The position numbers and the translations under genes are program-made. 64,000 nt of DNA from positions 8,988,417-9,052,416 of the forward strand of contig CAJINV010000004.1 of the NCBI GenBank assembly GCA_905178155.1, written 5' to 3'. Positions 36,953 through 51,600 of this stretch are shown piece after piece. Origin of the DNA: Amoebophrya sp. A120 (lineage: Eukaryota > Protista > Dinoflagellata). The notes beneath the pieces were generated by a model that did no database searches, was not told the origin of the DNA, and was given only the letters and a program-made list of their open reading frames with translations. Numbering within the stretch: position 1 is the first letter of the stretch; the number at the start of each line of letters is the position of its first letter.

Positions 36953-37538
36953 AAATAGATGAAAAATCCTGCGATCAGAGTTTCTTCACTCTTAAAAAGA
37001 AGACGTTTCGATGGAAAAAGACGCTCTTGATTCCGGTCATACGACCTGGTGACCACGACTCCAGGGTGGGTCATTTGTTTTCATTTCCCGTTCACCTCTG
37101 TTGTTCTTCTTCTTCGCCTCCTAAGCAGGAGTTCATCAACAAAAAATCACAAACAAAACACGAGAAGACCGACGAAGACTGAGCGCTACATCGTGCTGCA
37201 AAGCGGGCATTTAGCTGTAGGGCAGTAGTTGCGAATGATGTGAACAGAAGATCTCACGGGCAGCTCTCAACGCGACCCCTCCGAGGTATAAAGCCATGGA
37301 TGAGGAGTGAAGACCTGGAGTTATTGAGGGCGGATTTTCAATGTTCAATATCAATTTGCGAGGTCTATTCAAAAGAGAGACGCAAAAGCAAAAGTATCGT
37401 GTAGCGTGATAGCAGTGTCAAGAAGGATGATGAGATCAGGACCGGACGATTTCTCTTCCGGTTGGTAGAAGTTGATTGCACACAGGAGGAAAGGCCCCTG
37501 CCTAAAATTCGAACCACGTCCACCGCACCCACGGCAAT

Positions 37539-40500
37539 ATGACGGTCGCGGTCGAGGCAGAAGAGCTCCTTCGGGACCTGTCCCGCACGCAGATCTCCGA
37601 GTTGCATGACCGGTATGACAGGTGTGAGGAGCAGCTGGCCGAAATGCGGGAGAAGGCGAGGGATAGCATGGTAGCGAGGAAAAAGTACATCGAGGTAAGT
37701 ACGCGAATACTAAGTAGAAAGAAGACAGAGTAGCTTTTTGTCGTGCAGAACTACTTTTTTTTACCTCAATCACAGTTTATCTTTTCGTACAAAAGCTGTA
37801 ATTGTACTTGCTTATGTGCGATCATTTTTTCCATTTGTCGGCTAAGAGGCAAAGAAGTTTCCCACTACACGCAATTTATCAGAACCTGAGCGACCGGCTT
37901 CTGGATAAGAGCGAAAAGCTCACGGAGCTGCGAGCGGCGCAGACTGCTGGGGGCGGGTTGGCAGGTATAATAGATAGAGCGGTCGCGGTTTTTGTCATGC
38001 TGAATGCCAACTTGCAATTGCATTTTGCTTGTCCTGCAAAAATAATGCGTACGTTCTTACACGCAATCCGAGTTGTATCAAAAAATTTCAATTTCTCGTC
38101 ATATCCCAGAAGCCTCCGAGAACAACAACAAGCACCTGAACGACCTGACCCGCGCGGCCTCCATGCAGACCCTCCTCCGCAGTGAAATCCTGCGCTACGA
38201 GCGCACCACCGACACGGCCGACGCGCATTCCCGGGAGAACTTGCGGCTCGTGCGGGAACTGTTCCAACACAGTCTGAGTCTGCACGACCAGCTGAAGAAC
38301 GAACTGGAAAGAGCGGCGGAGAAAGAGGAGCAATGGAAGCAAGAAAAACTATTTCTGGAGCAGGAATTCGAGAAACAGAAGGAAAACAACCGGAAATTGG
38401 TCAAAGAGCTGCAGAATGCTTGCGAGGAAGTGGCGGACCTGGAGAAGAAATCGTGTGAGACCGGGGAGGAGATGCACGAGAAATTCACGAAGTTTTCCGA
38501 GCAGAACGTGCATATGCTGTGCAAAAGTATCGTACTCGGACCAATCGCAGTCCTGCATGACAGATCTGCTTTCTTACCTAATTTTGCATTTACAAATTCC
38601 AGGTTTCATCTTGAAGAAATTTGTCATGCGATTTATACTAGTGCGACGCTTTTGCAATGCATAGTGCAGCAACTGGAGCAATTGGAAGAAAAGTATGTGC
38701 AGAAACTGACCGACTTGAATGAGGATTGGCAGTTGGAAATGAAAAAAGAAAAGCAGGACCGCGCGCGGGAAGTCAGTGAAATTCTAAGTGAAAAACAGCA
38801 AAAAATCGCCGAACAGGAGGCGCACTGGACCCGGGAATTTCATACTCTGCAGACAAAACTGCAAAGTCAAAAGAAGGACCACGCGAGAACCCGGGAGGAA
38901 CTGAAAAGCAGTAAGGAAAGGGAGAAAGAGCTGAAGAAGCAAGTCGAAGAGCTGAAGCAGATAGGAAACACGCTTGAGGAAAAATTATCAACAGCTCGAA
39001 AAGAGTCGCAGTTGTTCAAAAAACACGCACAAGACTGGCGGAACCGCGTGGAGAGTTTACAAGCTGTCGGGGGGTACGGGAAACGTGGGGAGCGGAACGC
39101 GGATCAGTTTTTACTGGTGCAGAAGCAAGTCAGGGATTTGCGGGAGGAGTTGCACTTGCATCAAGCAGTCAGAGACATTACCCTACAGGAATACCAGCTG
39201 AAATCGATTCGGGATGCGGCTACGGCGGTGCCGGCGTACCCTGCCTTGGGGGTGGAACCATCAGCATGTGCAGCTGGCTTTAGTACCACCACTTCTGCCA
39301 ACGATAATTTATTCAATATCGCCGATAGTACCACGACGCCAATCGTCGCCGCGGCACCGACGTCGCCTGTGACAGCACGGACGAATTTGCTCAAATCAGG
39401 ACCGGTCTACGTGCCAGGGCAGCAGTCCCAGTCCTCGCAGATGATTACTACACCTGCGACCTCCGGAGCATTACCTTTACCGGTGCCGAGTGCTACAACT
39501 GCTGCTTCTGTCGGTGAGGCGACCGGGTATAGAGACCAGTTTTTGGACCCACTATTAACCTATTGCGCGAAGAACGAATTGCGGCAGGAAGAAGAGCAAG
39601 TCGTCGCATCATCTTCTGCTGCTGAACCACAAGAAGGGCGAGGGCCGACGACGACGAGCGGCAAAACATTAAAGCACGAAGACGAAACGTCGTCGCTCGA
39701 ACACAAATTGAACGTTGTTTCCACAGGGAAGGAGGTTTTGGAGCTGCGCGAAAACATTCTGGAGCTGGAGATGCAGAAACTGAGGCAGGAAGTCGTGGAA
39801 ATGAAGAGAACAGCAAATGCAAATAACAGCGGCGGCGTGCCGCAGCGTCCACCACTTGTGCCTCCTGTTGCTGAAGTGCTAGACGATCCGCTGCCAACAA
39901 GCAGGAGTGCACGACCCCCTGCCTCACCGAGTGGCGCTGCAAGGGATGAGCAACCAGGTGGACATTTGCTTCCAACAGGAAGTTCTTCAAAAACGACGTC
40001 GAAGCCGCCAGTAGACATATCCGGTTGGAAAGCCTACATGTCTCCACCCGGGTTTATCGGCTTCCCGAACTGCGATCCGTCAAAGTCCTCTGCTTCACCG
40101 GGACAAGACGACCCGACAAGTACTTCTGCGGATCCACAAGTTGCAGCTCTGCAGCGGGAGCTGGCTGCGAAAAATGCAGAGTTGCAAGCATTGCGCGAAG
40201 GAGCGTCGAAAGAACGGACAAAGGTGAAAGTCGGCACGGGCGCTTCCGCGCCATCCTCATCTAGACGCCCAGCAAGCAGTACTGGGAGTGCGGGTGCTGC
40301 TGTTTCACAGCCACTGTCCCGCATACCCGGAGCCACACAGCAAATGACGAGCGAGCTGTCCAATTTTCTGGGACATGATGTTCATGGGTCGTCCTCTCCG
40401 CGAGGATATATCCCTCGTGCAAGTTCGCCGCCAGCACTGAGCGCGACAACGCCGGCGACGACGATCCAACAGTCGCAGCTTTTCAGGCCGAACACCGGGA

Positions 40501-42051
40501 CAACTACAACAGCGATCACGACGATGATTGGAAGGAAAGAAACCTACAACCTGGACACGCCGGCGCTCTTCCGTCCGCCGGGAAGAGGAGCAGGACCACA
40601 TCAAACAGGTTCAAACCCAGTACAACCGACGTTGAGCAGTACTAGTAGACCCCCGGTCTGGGCGAGAAAGACCGCGAGCTCGCGCTCGAAGCAGACCTCA
40701 AAGCACTCGAACGTGGATCCATTAGACGTGGTCGTCGCCGCGGGGGGAGCTGCGAACAGTAGCAAGAAAACCACTGCTGCTGGTGCAGTGACTCAAAGTA
40801 GAACTGTTGCTCTTGGTGCAGCTCCCTCTCCGAATGGGACGACCGCTGGACAAGAACTTCAGCAGGTTTACTTCCCGCCCGGTCCCTCCGCCGTGGACGA
40901 CCTCGCGTCCTCCGCGTCTGCGCAGGCAAGGCAAGGTTCGAAATTATCCTCTCCCGCCGGCCCGGGCACGAATGCCGCCCGCGCGGTGATGTACCGGCTG
41001 CAGGGCCCGGATGAGTTACTGCAGCAGCTGGACGGGGGGGGACGTGCTGGGACTACAACTACACGAAGTTTGTCTCCACGACAACACACTGCTCATCAAC
41101 GTGGGAATTCCAATCCGCCACCGGCTGGAGGAACATCAAAGCCCAGACTATCTTCCACCATCGGACTGATGCCCATGCACCGGAACAGGTTCGTTGCTGC
41201 AGAAAACAGTAGCGGCTCCGCAATTGGAACCAAGATGCGACGCTCGTGGGAGGGGCCCGTTGCACCGTCTGCAACGAGCAGTCCCCGCCTGCAATACGAC
41301 ACGAAGCTCGGTGCAACCGTGATCGTTGCAGACATGCGGTCTAGCGGAACAATATCTGGTGCCAGTGCCTCCTCCCGCCCCCGTGCGGGAAGCCATGGCG
41401 CGAACATGGAGAAGCAGCCTGCGTTCGTCTCTCATTCCGCGCGGCTCATCCCTCGCACGTCAGCCACAATTGCGCAGCTGCAGGGGATAAACAGAAGGGC
41501 GCACAACAATAATCCGAATTCAAGCAGCCGATACAACAACTCTTCGGCCAGAGACGATGCTGGAGCTCCTGCTGCTGGCGGAGCAAGTACCTCATCTAGA
41601 GTACCGGCGGGGACGCACATTCGCCTGCCAGTGCCCCTGTCTGCCGCAACGACGCCGCTTGGTACTTCTATGGGCGCTGGTCAACATCTTTCAGCAGTGC
41701 CTACGTCTTATCCTGTGCACCAAACGTATCGTACTCGTATGGATGCAACTCTTGCATTACAAATCTCATTCTCAAAGCAAATCAGCATGACAAATTTCAT
41801 TTCTCATGCGGAGGAACTTTGTAATGCAATTACCACTAGTACGATAGTACAAAACTTTTGCAATTCATACGTCTGCGCGAGAGTCCGCCCTCCGCGATTC
41901 GCTGAACGAAGAAAAGTGGAAGTATCGGGTGCAAAGGCAGGAGTTGCGACAATTGCAGGAGGAGCTGGCACGACGCGACCGCTTTCAGCACAGGCTTGGA
42001 AGGGAGGTGCAGCGGAGGCCGTATTGTTCCGAAGAGGACGAACTATCGTGA
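37539..42051 (+). CDS. Coiled-coil protein with long S/T/P/A-rich tail
   Basis: GT-AG introns 37695-37882 and 37965-38109; introners 38513-38663 and 41709-41869. Removing the latter shifts the C-terminus to ...RQELRQLQEELARRDRF...EDELS* (stop 42049-42051). Start codon uncertain. Confidence 0.7.
38513..38663. mobile_element. Introner, family B (stop-free, frame-preserving)
   Basis: Repeat GTGCA; 151+5=156 nt; interrupts a heptad coiled coil. Confidence 0.9.
41709..41869. mobile_element. Introner, family B
   Basis: Repeat CGTCT. Confidence 0.9.
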
Positions 42052-42683
42052 GAATGAGGAAGGATATTGTAGACTTTTGTGCGTCGAAATCTAAATCAAT
42101 TTACCAAAAAGGGCAAGAACACGCAGCTCATTCGGTCAACGATTATGTCACCGTCACCAGGTGCTCGCTTTGACGCCTGTACATCGCAGAGGCACATACG
42201 TTGTATTTTTTTACGTTGTATTTTTTTCAAACTTCCGGAAGATGCAACCGACGGGCGTTCTTGAGGGATAGTGACGGAGTTGGGCTGCATGCTGGTGTGA
42301 GAAACAGGGTTTCATCACATGATTGGCCGCACCTGCAAATAGGTTGCGCACGATGAGAAGAAATACCTGAGAGAAAGTTTCACCCACTCTTTCTCATTAT
42401 CCAAAACCGATTTACCTTGCAAAGAAATGCAAAGTGGATGAAAAAGAAATAGAATATCAAATATCATAATCAATTTTTATTTTTTGAGACAAGAAATCCA
42501 TTGAAAACCAATCGCCTAGGGCAAACTTGCTAAGACGAACGAAGAACAGCTTGCGGGAGCGCGCTTCTTGCGTTTCACAGCTTCGGTTAGGTGCAGAAAA
42601 GTAGCGTTGCCACATGTAGTTGAGAACTTGATAGTCGGGTCTTACAGTGTCCGCGTGTAGTTAGTTCGTTTCATTGCCCATAG

Positions 42684-45600
42684 ATGAAATTGAAAACAGA
42701 TGAGGATTTGTACCAGGACAATCTGTCGGACCGCGCGGTTGGCTCATCCAGCAATTCCGAGCACATTTCCGGCAAAAGTTCAAAGACGACGTTGGTGCCC
42801 AGCGTCCAGACCAGCAAACCAACTCGGGACCTGATACTGCAAGAGCAGGATCATGATCCTAAACTTGGACCACAAGAAAACATGGAGAACACGACCCAGA
42901 AAAACGGCGTCGAAAAGCAGCGCAGCGAGGTGTTTTTTGCCTCCTCGTCCCGGAAGCGGCGACTATCCGACATCCCGGCGGTTGGCGTGAAAAAAACGCT
43001 GAGCAGGGGCAACACCGGGCACCTGTCGAGCAACCTCGACGTGCTGGCGTCTTTGCAGCAGAAGGCAGCGAAGCAAAATGAACAGGCGCGGGCCGTGGCG
43101 GAAAAGGCGAGATCGGAGAGTCGGCAGGCCATGGTGAGTAAGCAGAAACACCAACCGGAAGTTTTCTCACAGCCTCTACTCCATCCCCCGCGCCAGGTCG
43201 AAGTGGTGCCGTCCTCTGGTGGCGAGTCGCAAGTGGAGGTAGCAGGAGCTGTCGGCCCATCGAAGAACAAAATTTCCTCTGCGCCTACAAATAGGTCCAC
43301 CCAGCCCGGGATGGCGTTTCAGCGGGACAGCCTGACCGCTCGGCAGAAGACGCTCGCCGCTGCACAAGTGGGAAAACAGTTGCAATCTCATCCGTTTTTC
43401 GATGCTGAGTTGCAGGACGCGCCGGAGGAGCCGATGGGCGACCACGTTATGTTTGGTCGAAGCTCCAACTCCTCCAGCAAAAAGAGCACCAGCAGACCGT
43501 CGAAAGGCACGGTTGGAGGGACGAAAGGGAAAACGAAAGAGAAACTGGTTGACAACCCGGCGAAAATGCGAACTTCCTCTTCCATTTACATAGACAGCCA
43601 GATCGCGGCCGCCCGGGCACAGAAAAAGCAGGAGATGGCCTTGCAGAAAATGTTGCGAGCCAGTAGTAACGGGCAGCAGGTGGAACAAGACGCGTTCGAA
43701 CAGGATCTGTTTTTGCAGAGTCAACGCGCCAGCAAGGGGAAGGACCACGGTAGTAATGCGGTTTCAGCGACGGAGATCGAGATGAAGAACAGTCGTAAGA
43801 CCAAGCGAAACACGACCACGAAGGCAAAAAAGCGCGCCTACTCGGAAAAGGCGCTGGAAAAAAAGATTCACAACGACTTGGAAAAGCGGGTTGCGCACTC
43901 GGTGACCGATTTCTCACCGAGTCCGCGGGCTGCAGGTTGGAACGTCAGTACCCACGTGCCCACGGAGGACGAACTCTTTCGGAGGAGAGTGCATGAGATC
44001 ACGGTACAAGAATGAAAGTGTTTTGATCATTCATCCACCGACTGAATTTACTATGCATTTAGATTTGATTTCATTCTCTTTCTGCATGATCTCAAACTCA
44101 AAGCCTACTTAATTACATGTCTATCACCACAGGGCCTCGCGCGGCACACGAACCGGCAACTGTCTACCAAGCAACTGCAGAAGTCGCCCAGCCCGCCCCC
44201 CACCTGGCGAGAGGGTTTACGGAGCGAAAACCATGCGGCGTCTGTTCCCGCATGGTCGGGAAGCAGGAGGCTGGGGACATCAAATAAAAGCGCCTCTCCT
44301 TCACCCAGAAGCAAAACGGGGCCAAGGAAGAAGACGAGCAAAGACCATGCTAAAGCCACAGCTGGGTCGACGTCCTCGCACAGCAAACCGGTCCTCGAGC
44401 GGAGGTTCGCTGCGCCGCTGACAAGGGAGCCGCGGGGATCCCCATCACATCAGCATCAGGCGGCGGGGGGAGCGGAAAATGCAAATAATAATGCGGTGAT
44501 CATGTCTGATAATAAAGTGAAAAACATCAAGCGGCAGTTGATAGAAATCAGGGAAGTAGAGTCGCTTTCCCCGGAGTTGAAGAGCCGAAGTAACCACACT
44601 ACGACAGGGAGAAGCAAGAGCCCCCGAGGAGGTGGAACATCAAACAATCAGGCAGCGCCAGAACTCCTGAAAAGATCATCGCTTTCGCCACATCAACCGC
44701 TGGAAAAGTTTCCCGGCGTCCTCGAGTCCAGCTCCGCGACCAGCATGGCAGATGACCGACAGCACCTGCTCATCTGTCCCCCCGGTGAACCCCGTATCAG
44801 TCCGCCAGCGAAAAGCTTCTACGACGCCAGGACTTCCGCGATGATTCGGGAGATAGGCTCTACCAGCACGAGCACGCAGAATTTGAATTACAACGGACCA
44901 CGACAATCGCAACTGCAGATGTTAAACTCATCATCTTCTCCTAGCGGTACAGGTACTACTATTGTCCAACCCGTCGTCACCCCACCGCAACAGCAGTTCA
45001 TTCGCATGGAGGGCGTGGAAAGCCCGGGAGTTGTGCCGCCGGAAAAACGGAGATCGTCGCGAAACAAGTCCAGGTCCCCAGCAAGGTCGCCGCCGCGATC
45101 CCCGACGGCGAACTATGCTGTTCTTTCTGGAACGAATACACAGACGCAGCAGCAGCAGCGGAGGTCCTCGTCTGTGACCAACGCAAGCCCCGGCGGTGGC
45201 CAACAGCAAGATGCTGAGCAGGCTTCGTACCTCTCGAACCAAAGGAATCTGCTTTTGTCCCCGCAGCGCGCAATGGCGTTGATGGACATTAACAATCCAG
45301 CACTACAACAGCAGCAGATGCAGATCATGAACAACATGAACTTGAATTCCAACAATAATTACCAGAGGCAGCGAGCGGACACGGCGACGACTTTTTTCTC
45401 CTTAAATGGAGGGTTCAACAGCTCCACGAGTTACGTGACGCCCTTGTCCACAACTGGAAACACGTGGTTCGGAGGTGCTGGAAACAACAGTGTGGGAACG
45501 TCGGCACCGCCACAGCCGGTGGCAACGCCGGCTGCTGGATCAGGCCCGAATGTCCAGCCCTCACCTCCTTCGATGGGCGGCAACATGATGAACAACCGGG

Positions 45601-48600
45601 TCCGCGCTCCCAGTGACGAGAGGGTGAGGACGGGGTTGCTGCAAGCCCCACCAATTACCGGGACGTTTTCCACGGCTGCGTTGCCACTACCGGCGTCCGC
45701 GGTCAAAGAGCAGAAGTTTCATCATGCGCAGCACCTCCCGGGTGGCAATAAAAGCCCTATTTCCCCTGCCAGTTCCTCTCGGCCGGAGTCCCCGCGGAGG
45801 TTGAACGCGTTGCAACCACCATCGTTGCTGGAATTAGTCCCCGGGAATCAACAAAGCCCGGCCGTTGCACCTCCTCAGTTCTTACCGCAAACGGTGCTTC
45901 CTCAACAGGTAGAACTACCACAACAGCCGCACTTAGCTGCTGTCCTAGCATCACAAAATAAGTCTTCTACTTCGCCGAGTGATTCGATGCCGAGGCAGAC
46001 ATCGCCGCCGCTGCGAGCAGCGAAAAGAGAAGACAATCAGTCGCCGCGAGGGCTTGCTGGGGGCAAGCAGTTCATGCAGCAAACGAAGGCGAGCCAAGCG
46101 CAGATTAGGGTACAGGTTTTATAGGGGCTTGTTTTGTGTCAATTTTCTGTTTCTCCCGTGTGTGGTTAATGTGTGCTGGGCAGTTGTTCTTGGTGGACGT
46201 CGTGTAGACCGCTTCTGTTTCCGGTTCGTCCTTGATCTTGATTGTGTTGCACCATAAATTTTCGTCAGGCATCAACTCCGCCTGCGCCAATCCTTACCCA
46301 GCCTGGTTCGCAGCAGCAGCCTAGCCCAAGTAGGCAGAGTAGAGCTGGAACGAGAAAGGAGGAGAGTCAAGCCGAAACAAAGTCGAGATCTCTCACCGCG
46401 GCGGCGGAACAACAGAACAAGAAAAAAAAACAGTTCATCTCCACATCCCGCTCCTTATCCGCCCGCGACGATTTTTTGCCACCACCGCGCGCGAGGTCAA
46501 GGTCGCCCTCGCCAATACTACCCGAACCGCTGACCGCAGAGGAGATGCAAAAGCGGAAGGAAAAGAAGCTGGAATTAAAACAAAAGCAAGCCGCCGCGAC
46601 CGCGAGACTGGCCAGCCGCGGTTCGCCGCGAGTGCGAAAGACGAAACGGGTTTTGGCAGAAAGGGAAGAGTTGGAGGAGAAGAGAAGAGAATTGGAGGAA
46701 GCGGAGCTGTTAGTCGCGCAAGCGAAGGTAGAGGCAGTGAAAAGCGCATCGAAATTGCAAACGGCGTTCGGCAGAGTCGTGTCGGAACAAGACCAAGAGG
46801 ACGATATGGTGAATAAAGCTGCAGCCGGACCTGGTGGTGGTCTACATCTTGGTGGTACCACTGCGGCGACCGCGAGTGGAAGCAGATCGCCATCGTCAAC
46901 CCCAAAACGATTGAAGGTGACGTCAAGCGGTACACCTTCTGCAGAACACGCGAAAAGCAAGCCAGCCGCGGGACACCATCTTCAAGTGGGACATGTGTTA
47001 GCTGAGGTTGCAGCTACAGGAGCGGCTGCAGCTAGTAACATCAAGGTTGTCCATGTTCTCGACGCACCGCAAGGATTGTTACCAGTATTCGGGGGAGGAA
47101 GTACAAGCAAGGTGGAACATCTTTTGAAACCTGCTGCCACGGTTCCAGGGGCGGGTACAGCTACGAAGAATTCCTCCGGAAGCAAGAAAGCGTCGTCTCC
47201 ACGAGGACAGGCCCCGCCTACGTCAGCAATTTCCACAGGTACGTCTCAGGAGCCCCACTACCGGAGCCCGCTCCAGCACGAGATCCGGAGGCATGTCAGC
47301 GCGTCGAGGAGCCGGAGCCGAAGCCCAGGTCGTGCGACGAGGACCCTAGTGACCGATCGGAAAGTGAACTCGCTGGACATCCGGCCGAGCAAGGACAGTC
47401 TGGCTGGTTCTACTTCTTCACAATTTGGACAACTTCCTCACGACGGCCAACATCATATACAACGGCATCCACATCACGATCACCCCCCTGGAACGAGCGG
47501 AGCTGCAATGGTCCAGCCGCCGGGCGCAGGACTGCATCACCAGCAACCATCAACAACAACTCGAGACCACCGTGTTGTCGTCATTCCCCCACCTCCACCT
47601 GCAACGACAGTCCAGCCCATTTCGCAATTCCGCATCTCCAGATCGAACTCCCCGGTGGAGAGAAATCGTGATCAACCAGAAAACATAAACAACAATAAGA
47701 CCCCATCAGTCACTGATCAGGCGATTGAGTTTCCGATTTTCAAAAACGTGCAGAAGGTCGAATCCCCCCAGTGGCCGCATTCCCCGCAGCCCGTCCTGCG
47801 CGACCACGTGGTTTCCAGCGTGAAGGACTTCCGGGCCAAGGCGAGTATCACCAGCTGCACATCGGGGCCACGCTCCCGGAGCAGAAGCCCTTCGCAAAAA
47901 AGCAGTCCGAGCTCGCCGCCGGTGGTGATCCCAGGGTCGACCGTGGTGGCGAAGGGAAGTGTCGGGGTGCACGGGCATCATGGTGGTCCTCTTGTTCACC
48001 GCGGCGCACCGGTATGTGATGACTTTTGTCGTGTTTTTATACATGATGAACATGAAAAATCTTCTTGTCTAATATGCGGCTGTGACTCTGCATTTTCATA
48101 ATTTCACTCTTTCACTTTGGGTTTACCACCCACCAACTTTTGTTTGTTACAAACCACACGACCAGGCAGCGGAGCGTAGCGACGTACTGCACCAGCACCC
48201 AGGTCGTGAACACCTTCAAGCACGTGAAGATCATCTACTTCACAATGTGCGTCATTCCGTGGCGTCGACATCCGGGCGGACCGATTCCCTCCCCGCGAAC
48301 ACGACTTTCCTTCCGATTGGGCCGGAGGAATCGTGGTCGATTCGGGACGAAGTAAGTCTGCTGAACGAGATCGAGGGCGTGCTGGATTCGAACAAGTCCC
48401 GCATAGAAGAGATGCTGGCCGACCCAAACAAGGCAGCGGAGTACACGCTGCGGAACGGAAATTTGGTGCGCGACCCGGAAGCAGAGGATAAAATCATCGA
48501 CGTGCGCGCGAGTCCGACTAGTGCGAGGATGCACGTGACGATTAAGCGGAAAGGGGACGAGGAGCAGCGTGTTGAGACAGCACACTACCTTCATCCTCCA

Positions 48601-51600
48601 GCTGCGTTGACGTCGTCGCGTCCGCAGTCCGGGCGGTCCTCGAGATTGCCGTCTGCCCGCGCTTCGTCCGCTCTCGACGAGGAGGCGGCCTCGCTGCAGG
48701 AACAGTGTGCCTTGCAAATATGTCTGGGTCTGGAAGATTGTGACACTTCTTATGCTAGTTTGGCATGACTCCGAACTCTGTATTGCGTGGCCACGAGGAC
48801 CTCCTCTTGTCTATCATGCAAAAACGAGGTTTCTCATGCGGGATACGCAACACAGAGCCACGAGAAAATCTTTTAATGCTCCTTGGCGGTGCATTACAGT
48901 GCGCTTCCTGTTCACTGACATGCATTACAAGTTTCCAGACCCAGACATATTTGCACTTGATAAGCAGAAGCAGATCGCGATCTCGGCGCTGCGGAACATT
49001 CGGGCGACACTGAGTCGGGCCCGGGGGTCGAACCCGAAAGTAGAGCAAAATCACAGCGTACAGTCAGGCACTTCCGCTGGTGCGGCTGCATATGGTTCAT
49101 CTGTTAGGCGAAACGCATCGAATAGTACGAATTCGCAGCACTACAACGTGGTAGGTGGAGGAGCCGGTGGACATCATCTTCACCAGTTGCATTCATCGGG
49201 AGGAGCTGCAGCAGGTGGACCACTTCTGCACCCACATATTAGCCAGGATATCTCTGTGTCCGCCATGGAATCGCCAATTGTCAACATCGGAGGAGGTGGA
49301 CATCTCCATCATGGAGCAGTCGTGCCACCACAACACCACCTCCAGTCCACTTCCGCCGACAACGACGCGGACAACGTCTTCCGCCACGAATTTTCGAAGC
49401 GGTTAGAGCTCCACTCGAACTTGATCAAGTCTCTCCGCAGTTCGCTCGGGTTCGCGGAATCGGATCACAGTGTGTCCGCGGAAGACGGGGAGTGGTCGAA
49501 CGCGGTCACATATGAGAGTGCACAACTCCCCCTCCCCCTCATTTGTGATGCAAAAACCCAAATCCACATCTTGTCTGTAAGCACAGTGAGCATGACAAAT
49601 TTTGGAACCACAAACAGCACTACAATCGTCCGTGTGTAGATTTGTCATGCGCAGGCCCCATTTGAGCTGGTGTCTGTATTGCTGCTCATACCATACAAAT
49701 GAGGGGGAGGGGGAGTTGTGCAATCTCATATCACACCCCGCGTGTTTCCCGAGCAAGCATCGTCTACTTCCGGAGGTGGCGTTTTTCCGGTCACGACTGG
49801 TGGACCTGCAAATTCCGGCGGGCCGCTGCTTTCCCCCCGGCACCATGGCAAGATAAAGGTGGTCGCGGTCGCACACGAAGCTGCGGTGGCTTCCGCGCCC
49901 GTCGTGCCGCTCTCCGCGACCGCGACGGCACGACAAAGCTCGGCTTCGGATACAAATGTTGCCAGAAACAAGCAGCTTCCGACAACTAGTACCCCCGGTG
50001 GATCCGGAGTCACGAATATCCGTCCGATTATGTTGGACGTGAAGTCTACTTCCGTGGGAGATGAACAGCACCTCCAGGGTAGTAAGAACAACACCACCTC
50101 CTTCTACCCGCAGGCCCCGCTGACGGCACGGACCTCCTCCGATGCGGCGGTAGTGACCGATGCAGAGGGGGTTCTTCCTGGAAATCATGCTGGGGGCGTG
50201 TATTTACCCACGCCGGGTGGATCGGCTGCTGGTGCTGTTGGGGCAGCAGGAGTTCCAGCAGCAGGAGCGGGATCTTCGTCAGCTGCAGCGATCAACATGG
50301 TCCCCACGACCGGGGGTGCATCTTCGAGTGCCTCCCCGCACAGTTCTTCGCAGCAGCAAATATCTCTACAAGTTCATCATCCCACTGAAGTAGGCCAGAT
50401 GAACGTTGTTGACGACGAAGCCGCCGCGGGGACCGGAGGGACGGTGGTGGAGGAGGCAGGGCCCTCTTCCAACACGGCAGCCTCGCCGAAACAGCAACAG
50501 GAACGGTTTCTGTTCTACGAACCCGAGAAGATTGCGCAGCGAATGGCTTATTTGGAGGACCTATGGATTGCAAATATGTCTGGGTCTGGAAGAATACAAA
50601 CTTGCGATGCGCATTTCAGAACACAGAAAAATGTCTCATGCATAGGTAGCAAAAGCTGCCCACTTTCTGTCATCAAAATAGGGGATTTGTCATGCGGATT
50701 TGGCATTGCGGAAGCTTCTCGAAACCTGTGATGCTGGAGCTTCCATGCCAGACCTTCTGTGTCATGCAAAAACAGCATGACTCTTCCAGACCCAGACACT
50801 TTTGCATTTGATAGGGCCGAGTCAGCCGGTTCTGCAACGGGGAGGACATTTCGCCGAGAAAGCCGGCGACGCACTGGGAAGAAGAAGAGGGGGAGGACAT
50901 TATAGACGGTGCTGGCGGCATTCTTGATGCAGGTAACAAGAATAGGACCAGTAATCATAGTGAAGGTCTTGTTGATCTTGTCCCACCACCTCTTTTTCAG
51001 TCGCAGAACAAAGAGGTTTTTACTAGTGCCGCTGCCGAATCCGGCTCAGTCCCACGACAAGGGGGTTTCGGATCTAGCATCACCACAATCGCCGGCGACA
51101 GCGCAGCGCACAGTGCAACGACCGCCGACTGCACGGAAGAATCGACAGCGATCATTCTACAGCGGCTAGCCGCACAGGAAGCATCCTCTTCCTCGTCTAG
51201 CGAGGTGTTGGATCATCACTACGGTCAGGCAGGGCCGCACGACCCACGACATGTCACCGGCATAATACCAACGTGTGACGGCGGCACTGGAACAGGTATG
51301 GAGGAGGGGAATCCTCAACTAGAAGGACGACAGTACTACAACTCTGAACAAGAAGAGCAACAAATGTTAAACCAGAACTGGCACCAGGCGCAGACTGCGC
51401 AGGAGGGACTGCCGGATACCCCCTGCTCCGCCTCGGTCGAGGAGATTTTGCGATCCGGGGCGGCCGGCCCAGACCCGGCGGTGCTATCAACTCTCCGGGA
51501 AATTCGGCAAGGCAACTTCACTCTGGAAGGCCATCTTCTCGTGGCACAGAATCTGCATCAAGGACCAATTGGTGTCCCACCATCGGCGCAAGGAGTAGAC

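Noticed and set aside
41709-42173. C-terminus of the 1366-aa ORF as given in the ORF track
   Set aside because: It reads through an introner; excision changes frame and gives a coiled-coil end with stop at 42051.
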